DNA from: Candidatus Latescibacterota bacterium
GTDB taxonomy: Bacteria > Latescibacterota > UBA2968
Length of the DNA: 64,000 nucleotides
Direction of reading: 5' to 3'
Assembly: GCA_965204745.1 (NCBI GenBank)
Contig: OZ242010.1
Coordinates: 4,256,001-4,320,000 of the forward strand
Made by a program: the position numbers and the translations under genes. The notes below the pieces were generated by a model. It did no database searches and was not told where the DNA came from. It saw only the letters and a program-made list of their open reading frames with translations. Each line of letters starts with the position of its first letter. Position 1 is the first letter of the stretch. This document shows, piece by piece, positions 33,701 through 41,795 of this stretch.

Positions 33701-33827
33701 GCGTTTGCAGATCCGGGAGCAGGTCCGTGCCCAGGCCATTGAGGGAAATCCAGCCGAGCAAGACCACTGCGAGCGTGCCCATGGCGATGGTGACCGGATA
33801 GCGCGTTGAAAATTCCGGCAGGTTCAT
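30762..33827 (-). CDS. AcrB-family RND permease
   Basis: GMLVDNAIVVIENI, GIAVNDAIVLVD, RLRPIVMT; 1021 aa. Confidence 0.95.
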   Translation of the reverse strand: MNLPEFSTRYPVTIAMGTLAVVLLGWISLNGLGTDLLPDLQTPVVTIDLSAPGKSPREIEERYTRRLERDVSTIQGVKRVYSITRSGQGVVVAEFAWDADMDFGLLDIQKRVGRYAQNEDVSQVNVNREDPLARAVMRIAITAEEGAELDALVGTVDLLIKPKLEALEGVASAEVEGGAEKEVRVLLNPYLLEAFGLTPDAIVNRIGQANADVSGGTLRENQQSYLVKALGRLDDIDDVREVIVGEKRGTGGAVSGDRVPVRVRDVGTVDLVYRERETIARLDGRECVGLAIYKEAGSNTVAVVREVLDAIDDMRADLGGLRFTTVENQARFVEEAVGEVETSAIHGAILAILVLLIALRSWTVTLVIGLAIPISVLATFTLMYFEGLTLNIMTLGGLALGAGMLVDNAIVVIENIYRHLETGEDARTASSRGATEVGVAILASTLTTVAVFLPIVYLQGLAGELFKDQAWTVAFSLLSSLVVAMTTIPMLTSRVFRRIKTARHTSLRSGAYYRFLNGVLNHKLALIGVAALVIGATGYIARAVQTEFIPREDQGLFQIDLTLPEGSRVELSDRFALRAKEIVEAIGGRDISHVYARVGLDPARISGADDPSGPNRATLSVALHSDRSRNVSELVRDLDPVLSALPDIEVKYKLHETALEGVMAGRDAPIQVEVSGENLDILARITKELQARLESLPAVYNVRTSFQGGQPEVDLAIRDEVASAFGLTTQTISRTLERQLSGEVAGELSKDQRARDIRVKYRDIDLNALQTIRIDGAEGAVLTLGDIADLNIIEGPREILRENQRRVGRVTGYLTEGRVLSEAIGEIRAAIQTMAIPSGYRIAIGGEERERRESFASLKFALILSIALVYMVMASLFESVLHPFTVMFSVPLAGVGVVFAFYFLGEPLSVMAYIGIIMLGGIAVNDAIVLVDRINQLRREGLGLREAVLQGGQDRLRPIVMTSATTILALLPMALGFGEGAKLRAPMAIAVIGGLVTSTLMTLLIIPTMYEMIDRLRGKSP

Positions 33828-34879
33828 GGCGCGTCTCCAACGACCCGCACGCGGGTTCGCGGTCTGAGGGTTTCGTAATTGCTCGATATCAACTGCTCGC
33901 CCGGTGCGAGGCCGACGATGATTTCCACGCGGCGCCGGTCTTCGAGGCCGGTTTCGACTGCGCGCTGTTGGGCGCGGCCCTCTTCTTCCACAAAGACGAC
34001 CTTTTGGTTGCGCCTACGCAAGATGAGTTGGCGCGGGATGAGCACGACGTTTTGGCGCGATTCCACGATGATGTCCGTTTTGACGAACATGCCCGCGCGC
34101 AACAGCAAGTCCGGGTTGTTCACCAGGCCCACGACTTTGACCGTGCGCGTGGCCGGATCCAGCGCGGGATCCATTTCCACGATCTCGCCCTCAAATACCG
34201 CATCCGGCAAGGCGTAGTTGCTCACGCGGATGCGCTGGCCCAATTTCACGGAGATGATCTGCGCGTTTGGGATTTTCAGATCGACGAACACCTGCGAGTA
34301 ATCCATGATTTTTGCGATGGGGGTGTTGGGCGTGACCAACGTGCCCTGCGTGATGTCCGCGCGTTCAGACAACATCCCACCAATGGGCGCGACGATGCGG
34401 GTTTTGTCGATTTTGATGAGGGCGTCTCGGTAGTTGGCATCGGCTTCGGCCCAGGCTTTGCGCGCATTTTCAACGGCCATTGTCGTGGACAGTTGCCGGC
34501 TGAACAGGGTTTCTTGTTCGTCCAAGGTGCGCTTGGCGGTTTCAACCGCGAGTTTTCGCGCTTGCACGCGCGCGCCGACGACCCATTCGTCGCTGTCGAG
34601 TTTGGCGACGACTCGCCCTTTTTTGACTTCAGAGCCTTTGGCGAGCAAGCGGTTGTTCCCATCCTCGCTCCAGTACAGGTGGCCCCGAATTTCCGTGGAG
34701 ATATAGGCTTCGCGCACGGGGCGCAAGGTGCCCGTGGCGGTGACGATAGCCTCGATGGTTCCGGTTTCCACGGATTGCACGGTGACCGGCATTGCGAGAT
34801 CGACCGTGCGCTGTTCCGGTTGGGTGTTGCAAGCGGTGAGCCAGCATAGCGCGATGATCAGTGGGATGTGGAACTTCAC
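33824..34879 (-). CDS. RND periplasmic adaptor (MFP), probable lipoprotein
   Basis: GTG start behind GGAGG; lipobox LTAC; IVAPIGG, DPATRT, LRAGMF. Confidence 0.92.
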   Translation of the reverse strand: MKFHIPLIIALCWLTACNTQPEQRTVDLAMPVTVQSVETGTIEAIVTATGTLRPVREAYISTEIRGHLYWSEDGNNRLLAKGSEVKKGRVVAKLDSDEWVVGARVQARKLAVETAKRTLDEQETLFSRQLSTTMAVENARKAWAEADANYRDALIKIDKTRIVAPIGGMLSERADITQGTLVTPNTPIAKIMDYSQVFVDLKIPNAQIISVKLGQRIRVSNYALPDAVFEGEIVEMDPALDPATRTVKVVGLVNNPDLLLRAGMFVKTDIIVESRQNVVLIPRQLILRRRNQKVVFVEEEGRAQQRAVETGLEDRRRVEIIVGLAPGEQLISSNYETLRPRTRVRVVGDAP

Positions 34880-34906
34880 GGGTGTCCTCCGAGTTGTCAG
34901 TTGTCA

Positions 34907-35290
34907 GGTTGTATTGACATTTCATTTTTTTTGACGTTACGCACAGATTAGCAAATGTGTTGCTTGCTCATTTAAGGAGGACCTATCCCCCGGCCCCTTT
35001 CCTACGAGGAAAGGGGAGTAAAGGCCCTTTGATGGCTTCTCGCTATGGTTGCTCTGATGGCGTTGACCGAGGGCAGAAAGCGATTAAGGAGGACCTATCC
35101 CCCGGCCCCTTTCCTACGAGGAAAGGGGAGTAAAGGCCCTTTGATGGCTTCTCGCTATGGTTGCTCTGATGGCGTTGACCGAGGGCAGAAAGCGATTAAA
35201 AATTCCTCACATCTTCCCCTCGGAAAACCGATCCTCGTTCCCCCTTCCTCGCAGGAAGGGGGTTAGGGGGTAGGTCCCGATCTCGATAAG
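34907..35290. mobile_element. Third MITE copy, with an internal tandem duplication of ~110 bp
   Basis: GGTTGTATTGACATTT end next to (GTTGTCA)x2; the unit GGACCTATCCCCCGGCCCCTTTCCTACGAGGAAAGGGG...GCGATTAA occurs twice. Confidence 0.78.
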
Positions 35291-35304
35291 CCGTCCCATT
35301 CCGT

Positions 35305-38300
35305 TTAAAACCCAAATTGTCCGCCGGGGCCGCGTCTGCCAGGGCCGCCGGGACCTCGTCTTCCGCCGTCGCCACGGCCGCCATCCGGGCCGCCGCGCCC
35401 GCGGCCGAACATGAATGTGGGCAGGTCGTCGTCATACGCGTCGGGATTTTGTGGATCGAAGAAACGCCAGCGCACGGCATCGGCATACAGGCCCCGCTCG
35501 GCGCGGTCAGAGAGTTCGACCGCGGCCTCTTCGCCCTCGGCAAATGCGTATCGCCCCAAGTGATTCCATCCGGCTTTCATCTGGTCGCGTTCCATTTCGA
35601 GGGTGTCGGCCTTGCCCCCGTGGAAAACCGTGAGGGTAAAGCGTTCGCCGATGCGCGCGCGCCTCGCCATAGAGGGATCGAGAAAGTAAAAGCCCACGTC
35701 GAACAGCCCGGCTTTGGGAATGCGCGCGGTCCACACGGCCGGTTGCGCGCCATCGCCCCCGCGCTTTCGCCGATAATTCGTTTCAAATCGCCCGAACGCC
35801 ATGGGCATGACGTGCTCGCGCCAGTTGTCGCCTTTTAGGCCCGGGCGAAAATAGCGCGTCTCGCGGCGGATGGGCATGGAAAACCCGTCGTCGTCATTAT
35901 CGACGATGATCTCGAGCGGCCCCGACTCGTCGCCGGTCACGTCTTTGATGTACGTGGTCGGAAAGCCCTCGGTGACCTTTTCGGGCACGCGCACGGGCGA
36001 GACCAAGGGCCGCCGGTTGCGCGCGAAGAAGGGTTCGACCATCACGCGAAAGGGCTGATCCCAAAGCACCATCGACACTTCGATTTCCCGGCCGCCTTCG
36101 ATCTCCACGCCCTTGACGGCCTCATCGCCCCGGCCCGAAGCGGTAATTTGCACATAGCCCCGGCCCGGTTCGCTGTTTTTGATGCGGACGATCAGTTGAT
36201 AGACCACCATGCCAAAGCCGTCGTCCATCTTCATGGCTTTGACCCGCGTGAGGGTATAGCCCGGGATTTCCGTGCCGAAGATCCAATCGTCGACCAACCG
36301 CTGCATTTTGCGGCTGTTTTCGCTGGCGGTGGTATCGCCGATAGCCGCACGTTCAAAGGTGGAGAAGTCGATGGCGTCGTATTTGTGATTTTGGTCGATG
36401 TCGTCCAAGATACTGCGAAATGTTTCCTCGCCCCAAAAGGCTTCCATCATCTGAAAGAGCGCGGGGCCTTTGGCGTCGAGCACTTGGCGGTACAGGCCGG
36501 CCTGTTTTTCGGGATCCAACTCGGCAAATGACTTGTGTTGCATCTTGGCGACCAGCGTGTCCCAGCGCGCGCTCGATCCCCGATTGCGACCTCGGGGGCC
36601 ACCGCGCCCTCGGTCCCCAAACCCGCCGCGCCGCCGGGCGTAAAACGCAGCCGTCATGTCCGTGCTCAAATCGTCTTGGATGTACATGGGCATGCCCTTT
36701 TTGAGCAGGGCGTAGTGGTCGCCCACAAATTGCTTGTCGTAGGCCCAAAGCTGAATCACCGGGCTGCGGAACAGGCCGCCGGTGGTTCTGCCGCTTTCCT
36801 CTTTGGAGAAGAAGGTGGCGAAGACCGCGCGCACCAACAGGTCTTTTTTGATGTCTTTGGGTTCTCGGTTGCCGCGCGAGGCTTTTTGGTACCGCGCAAA
36901 ACTTCGGGTGAATTGCTGTTGCATGAGCACGTCTTCTTCGACCATCAACACGCCCGGCAGGGTCAGACCGCCCTTTTCCTCCCAGCCCTCGTAGTACCAC
37001 TGAATGTGGAATGGGATTTCCACGAGGGAGAGGCTCGGATAGGGATAGGCCATGCCGGATTCCTGTTCCATCGCATCCATGATTTGCCCGAGGGCGCGCG
37101 TGATTTCCCCTTGGGCGTCTTCAAAAAATTTGACGGGCCGCAAGTGCGAGGGGTGGACGTAAAGGGCACAGGCGATGTCGTGAATGGTGGCGCGATACAC
37201 CCGATAGACGCCTGCGTTGAGCGAGAGCACGGGTACGGGTTTTTCAATGACCCAGTGCCGCGTGACCTGCGTATCGAGGGTATCGGCGTCACCGGCCTGG
37301 CCTTGGGTGATGACTTCGAGGCCGCGCGGGTACGCGATCTGCAAGTTCGCCGTGGAGAACGAGACCGGGCGTGCGTTTTCGTACCCGTAATCCACGCCTG
37401 CGACCGGGTACCAACGGCTGCGCGGGGGCAGGAAGACGGATTCATCGCGGATCCACGCGGTCAGAGTGCCTTTGTTGAACACGTTTCTGCGCTTGGGCAA
37501 TTTGGGTCTGGCTTTTTCTCGGCGGAGATCGAAGCCATCCGTGTCGATGTCCCCTGCGTACTTCAGGGTTAGGGCGAGTTCTCGTTCCGACTGCAAGGGC
37601 GCGTGCGGTATGACGCGGATCGCGCTACCGATGCGTTCCCAAGGGATGGCCCGCCCGTCGCCATGGGTGAGGCTTTGGAGTTCAAACCCGGGATTGAGGG
37701 ACAAGATGAGGGTGTCGAGCGGGGTTTCGTGTGGATTTTTCAGGGTGATCGTGCCCGATGCTGCGAGCGGGTCTTTGTGCAAGAGCGTCACCTCGAGGTC
37801 GTAATGCGCGATTTCCGCGACTGGCAGATGGGCGACCGCTTCTTGTTGCGCGCGCAGGGATTGGCGATAGGCTCGCGCGTCTCGCGCTTGGGCATCCATA
37901 AAAAAGTAAAGCCCGGCGGCCAAGCCAAAGCCGGCCAAGGCGCAACCGCGGCCAAACCACCGTGCGGTCAAAGAGTGGGCGAGCCGGGGATAGCGATCAA
38001 TTGAAAAGCCGAAAAGGCCAATGCCGAGCAGGACGTAGAACAGGCGTTGCAACCCCACCTGCGATAGGTCCGCCAAGCCGATTAAGTCCGAGTAATACAG
38101 GGGGGCGTAAAACGCGCCGAAATCGTAGATGCCGCCGTATCGACTGCCCAAGAATGCGATCACGACCAACAAGTACCCGATGACGATGAGGGCCACCGCT
38201 GCTTGCCGGCGCAACAACGCGCCCAAGAAGAAGGTCAAAGACGACATGAAGATCAGGGCGGGCAGGTTCATCAGCACGAGGTAGCCGATATAGGGTTCGA

Positions 38301-38730
38301 TGTTGAACGGATTGCCGGTCATGCTGATCTTCGCCGCTTGGATGCCCAAGGTCAAGAGCAACACGCCGAGGCTCAACAAAACGAGCGCGCTGACGACGCC
38401 AAAATATTTCCCGGCGACGAGTTCCGCTGTTGAGATGGGACGGCCCGCGACCACTTCGTAGATGTGCGCCTGTTCGTCCGCGGCCCGGAAATCGCCCACG
38501 ATGAACGCGATGACGATGGTTTGCAAAAAGCTGTACAGGTAAAACGGGACGTAGGCTTCGATGCCGATGGGCATTTCGCGGCCACTGGCTTCGACGAGCG
38601 CGAAGACAATGCCGAGCAAGACCGGAATGCTCACGCCAATGCTGCCCAAGATGCGAAATTTTGTGGTTCTCAAAAGCATTTTGCGCTCATAACGCGCAAC
38701 GCCGAGGATGTTTTGGAGGATGGAGAGCAT
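35305..38730 (-). CDS. ABC-2 permease fused to an M1-aminopeptidase-like domain and a golvesin/xanthan-lyase-like C-terminal domain
   Basis: TM N-terminus (VARYERKMLLRT, RPISTAELVAGK); HYDLEVTL..LSLNPG, RWYP, YPYPSLSLVEIP; C-terminal IIVDNDD..GWNHLGRY..YADAVRW; no HEXXH seen; start ATG 38730. Confidence 0.8.
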   Translation of the reverse strand: MLSILQNILGVARYERKMLLRTTKFRILGSIGVSIPVLLGIVFALVEASGREMPIGIEAYVPFYLYSFLQTIVIAFIVGDFRAADEQAHIYEVVAGRPISTAELVAGKYFGVVSALVLLSLGVLLLTLGIQAAKISMTGNPFNIEPYIGYLVLMNLPALIFMSSLTFFLGALLRRQAAVALIVIGYLLVVIAFLGSRYGGIYDFGAFYAPLYYSDLIGLADLSQVGLQRLFYVLLGIGLFGFSIDRYPRLAHSLTARWFGRGCALAGFGLAAGLYFFMDAQARDARAYRQSLRAQQEAVAHLPVAEIAHYDLEVTLLHKDPLAASGTITLKNPHETPLDTLILSLNPGFELQSLTHGDGRAIPWERIGSAIRVIPHAPLQSERELALTLKYAGDIDTDGFDLRREKARPKLPKRRNVFNKGTLTAWIRDESVFLPPRSRWYPVAGVDYGYENARPVSFSTANLQIAYPRGLEVITQGQAGDADTLDTQVTRHWVIEKPVPVLSLNAGVYRVYRATIHDIACALYVHPSHLRPVKFFEDAQGEITRALGQIMDAMEQESGMAYPYPSLSLVEIPFHIQWYYEGWEEKGGLTLPGVLMVEEDVLMQQQFTRSFARYQKASRGNREPKDIKKDLLVRAVFATFFSKEESGRTTGGLFRSPVIQLWAYDKQFVGDHYALLKKGMPMYIQDDLSTDMTAAFYARRRGGFGDRGRGGPRGRNRGSSARWDTLVAKMQHKSFAELDPEKQAGLYRQVLDAKGPALFQMMEAFWGEETFRSILDDIDQNHKYDAIDFSTFERAAIGDTTASENSRKMQRLVDDWIFGTEIPGYTLTRVKAMKMDDGFGMVVYQLIVRIKNSEPGRGYVQITASGRGDEAVKGVEIEGGREIEVSMVLWDQPFRVMVEPFFARNRRPLVSPVRVPEKVTEGFPTTYIKDVTGDESGPLEIIVDNDDDGFSMPIRRETRYFRPGLKGDNWREHVMPMAFGRFETNYRRKRGGDGAQPAVWTARIPKAGLFDVGFYFLDPSMARRARIGERFTLTVFHGGKADTLEMERDQMKAGWNHLGRYAFAEGEEAAVELSDRAERGLYADAVRWRFFDPQNPDAYDDDLPTFMFGRGRGGPDGGRGDGGRRGPGGPGRRGPGGQFGF

Positions 38731-39007
38731 GGCGTGTTCCTCAATAGAAGCGGTTAAACGCTGATAGCTACTTTTGTGATTAGACCTAACATTTACAAAT
38801 GGAGTTCCCAAAGTGAAAGAATTAGACCAACTGTCGTCCTCGCGCCACAACACACGCACTTGGGCAAATGGATTGTGGCGGCGAAAATGGGAAATCATAA
38901 CCCTATATTTTTTAATGGCATCTGCTCAATTTTGTCTTGCGTCTCGTGGGTTTCGGGCTATATTAGCGTCAATGCTATGACGAGACCATGCGAGATGGGA
39001 GTGCTGC

Positions 39008-39316
39008 ATGACGACGACCAAAAGGGCCATTGCCTTGGAAATTTCCGAGCGTTTGGGAATCAAAAAACAACTGGCCTACGATATGGTGAATACACTTTTT
39101 GACATTATGCGCGAGAACCTGATCGATGGCAACCGAATCGAGATTCGAGGCTTTGGCGTGTTGGGGGTCAAGCCGACCAAACCCAAGCCCGCTGCCCGCA
39201 ACCCCCGCACGGGCGAGATCGTGTACGTGCCCGCCCGGCGGAAGAGCTATTTCAAAGCGGGCGTTCTGATCAAGAAGGAGTTGTACAAGCCATTGGAGGA
39301 AATCGAGAAAAGCTAA
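39008..39316 (+). CDS. HU/IHF-family DNA-binding protein
   Basis: IEIRGFGV, ARNPRTGE, FKAG. Confidence 0.95.
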   Translation: MTTTKRAIALEISERLGIKKQLAYDMVNTLFDIMRENLIDGNRIEIRGFGVLGVKPTKPKPAARNPRTGEIVYVPARRKSYFKAGVLIKKELYKPLEEIEKS

Positions 39317-39373
39317 GCGGTATAGCCACAAGAGGTACGAGTGGGGTACAACTGGCGACAGCCCGTTCACAGG

Positions 39374-39414
39374 AAAACAAAAAGGTCCAGCCAAAAGCTG
39401 GACCTTTTTGTTTT
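39374..39414 (+). terminator. Bidirectional rho-independent terminator
   Basis: Perfect 18-bp stem AAAACAAAAAGGTCCAGC / GCTGGACCTTTTTGTTTT. Confidence 0.85.
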
Positions 39415-39488
39415 GTCAGGACCTCTTCCCGATTACTCGCTACGATCCGTTGTAGGCGCCGCCTGTGCCTATTTTGAAAAAAAGATAC

Positions 39489-39516
39489 TTGACAGGCGGA
39501 TTGACGGGCTTATATT
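39489..39516 (+). promoter_or_regulatory. Putative sigma70 promoter heading the surface-protein locus
   Basis: TTGACA-N16-TATATT. Confidence 0.55.
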
Positions 39517-39686
39517 CTCCCGCGTTGACCGAGTAGGTCTCAACCACAAAGGGGTTTGGCTGTTATGACAATTCAGACTTCACATCCTACTTTTTTTGGC
39601 GTTCACACCGGCACCGCGACGGCTGGTGTGAGGTCTTTTTTGCCTGCCCACAACTTAACACAACTTATTGTTTTCATTAGATTTTC

Positions 39687-39699
39687 GGGGGGGGGGGGG
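39687..39699 (+). repeat. Poly-G tract (G13) inside a short leader ORF
   Basis: Read directly; lies within ORF 39556..39738. Confidence 0.9.
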
Positions 39700-39841
39700 C
39701 ATTTCCCCTTATCGCCTTCCCCTATCTGTATTGTCTGACCAAAATTCCACCGTCCAATTTGCACCATGTCGCATCCCTCCTGATCAATTTTTTCCGTCCG
39801 TCTTTCCCCCATTCGTTTCATTCTTCCAAAACATTTTCTTT

Positions 39842-39897
39842 AGCCGGCTCAGTTCCTGCGTGGCAACCCCTTGAGGAACAGCCGGCTTATTTTTTTG
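39842..39897 (+). terminator. Terminator-like hairpin downstream of the poly-G leader
   Basis: AGCCGGCT..GTTCCT / AGGAAC.AGCCGGCT followed by a T-run. Confidence 0.6.
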
Positions 39898-39935
39898 TTT
39901 TCACTGACAATGCGAATTTTGAGCACATCTGCTTG

Positions 39936-40284
39936 GTGGATTCCAGGCTGATTGTCCTCACACAAGCAACACGCAACGGCGTCGATAATACCGCGGAGGG
40001 TGCCGACAAGTGGTTGTCATTATCGACCTATCACACTACGGCATACGTACACATAGAGGAGGGATGAGATGCGACTTTTTTGTCCTACCGCATAACCAGG
40101 AAAGCTTAAACCTCTTTCCCTAGCCAGCAGTTCAATCTATCGCAGTTTTATCAGCAAATTGGGGCTGGAAACCCTATGCTAATTCACAACAGGAGATTAA
40201 GACCATGATTAAATTGGCACAACTGGCCTTGTTGGCCTTGGCAATGCTTGCGACCCTGTTTTCTGGGACTGGATTTGCTTTTGA
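39936..40284 (+). repeat. ~350-bp direct repeat, copy 1 (leader + RBS + signal-peptide codons)
   Basis: Matches 41443..41795 apart from a 4-bp GGCG indel. Confidence 0.95.
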
Positions 40285-41275
40285 AGGGAGGAAGTTACGA
40301 AAGGGAACCTCGGCTATGAAGCTCACGCGGTTGCTGATCTTCGGAACCGTTCTGCTGGTCATGTGCTTTGCTTATGCCTGTGGAAAGGACGATCCGAGCG
40401 GTAGCGGTAGCGGCGGTGGCAGTGGCGGTACGCCCAAGATGTACTGGACGGACGCACTCTGGACAGGAAGCCGATTTACTGATGGTAAGATTCAGCGTGC
40501 CAACTTGGATGGCTCCAATGTCGAAGACCTCATCACCACAGGATTGGGTAATCCAGTTGGCATCGCGCTGGATGTGGGACGCGGAAAGATGTACTGGACG
40601 GAAAGGCGCATGGAGAGGATTCAGCGTGCCAACTTGGATGGCTCCCAGGTTGAAGACCTCATCACCACAGGATTGCGTTTTCCATATGGCATCGCGCTGG
40701 ATGTGGGACGCGGAAAGATGTACTGGACGGAGTGGATCGCGGGTAAGATTCAGCGTGCCAACTTGGATGGCTCCAATGTCGAAGACCTCATCACCACAGG
40801 ATTGAGAGAGCCACTTGGCATCGCGCTGGATGTGGGACGCGGAAAGATGTACTGGACAAACAAGGACTTAGACGGTGACGGTCGCACGTCTAAGATTCAG
40901 CGTGCCAACTTGGATGGCTCCAATGTCGAAGACCTCATCACCACAGGATTGAATGCGCTAGCTAGCATCGCGCTGGATGTGGGACGCGGAAAGATGTACT
41001 GGACAAACACGGACTTAGACGGTGACGGTCGCACGTCTAAGATTCAGCGTGCCAACTTGGATGGCTCCAATGTCGAAGACCTCATCACCACAGGATTGGG
41101 GGGGCCAGAGGGCATCGCGCTGGATGTGGGACGCGGAAAGATGTACTGGAAAAACACGGACTCCGGCGGTCGCACGTCTAAGATTCAGCGTGCCAACTTG
41201 GATGGCTCCAATGTCGAAGACCTCATCACCACAGGATTGAGGCCACCTGTTGGCATCGCGCTGGATGTGCGGTAG
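40205..41275 (+). CDS. Six-bladed YWTD (LDLR class B-like) beta-propeller lipoprotein; native start probably ATG 40316
   Basis: Six repeats KMYW-x(n)-KIQRANLDGSNVEDLITTGL-x4-GIALDVGRG; lipoprotein signal MKLTRLLIFGTVLLVMCFAYAC from 40316. Confidence 0.92.
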   Translation: MIKLAQLALLALAMLATLFSGTGFAFEGRKLRKGTSAMKLTRLLIFGTVLLVMCFAYACGKDDPSGSGSGGGSGGTPKMYWTDALWTGSRFTDGKIQRANLDGSNVEDLITTGLGNPVGIALDVGRGKMYWTERRMERIQRANLDGSQVEDLITTGLRFPYGIALDVGRGKMYWTEWIAGKIQRANLDGSNVEDLITTGLREPLGIALDVGRGKMYWTNKDLDGDGRTSKIQRANLDGSNVEDLITTGLNALASIALDVGRGKMYWTNTDLDGDGRTSKIQRANLDGSNVEDLITTGLGGPEGIALDVGRGKMYWKNTDSGGRTSKIQRANLDGSNVEDLITTGLRPPVGIALDVR

Positions 41276-41448
41276 TGCCGTCAACGGTGGCGGCAGTGGT
41301 GGTGGAGGGGCCTGTTCGGTGGGGCAGGTGTTGAGTCCGGGGCAGAGTTGCACCGTCAATATTCCCAATATCAATGTCGGCAGTAATCGGTTCGTGGTCC
41401 GCTCCGATGGATCGGGGTGTTACGGCAATATCTGCGCGGGTAGTGGAT
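41270..41448 (+). pseudogene. Out-of-frame, truncated Cys-rich domain after the propeller
   Basis: An alternative frame reads GSAVNGGGSGGGGACSVGQVLSPGQSCTVNIPNINVGSNRFVVRSDGSGCYGNICAGSG and is cut off by repeat copy 2. Confidence 0.6.
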
Positions 41449-41795
41449 TCCAGGCTGATTGTCCTCACACAAGCAACACGCAACGGCGTCGATAATACCG
41501 CGGAGGGTGCCGACAAGTGGTTGTCATTATCGACCTATCACACTACGGCATACGTACACATAGAGGAGGGATGAGATGCGACTTTTTTGTCCTACCGCAT
41601 AACCAGGAAAGCTTAAACCTCTTTCCCTAGCCAGCAGTTCAATCTATCGCAGTTTTATCAGCAAATTGGGGCTGGAAACCCTATGCTAATTCACAGGCGA
41701 CAGGAGATTAAGACCATGATTAAATTGGCACAACTGGCCTTGTTGGCCTTGGCAATGCTTGCGACCCTGTTTTCTGGGACTGGATTTGCTTTTGA
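41443..41795 (+). repeat. ~350-bp direct repeat, copy 2
   Basis: Matches 39936..40284. Confidence 0.95.

Noticed and set aside
27100-33809. Long plus-strand and alternative-frame ORFs (e.g. 27100-29079, 28463-30313, 32571-33809)
   Set aside because: Shadow frames of the GC-rich RND genes, with no recognisable motifs.
39980-40028. Integron attC site within the 350-bp repeat
   Set aside because: A hairpin is present, but there are no convincing RYYYAAC/GTTRRRY ends and no integron integrase in the window.
40436-41272. CRISPR array (constant repeats with variable spacers)
   Set aside because: Two alternating repeat types, inserts of about 9-39 nt that always keep frame, all inside a coding gene, and no cas genes in the window.
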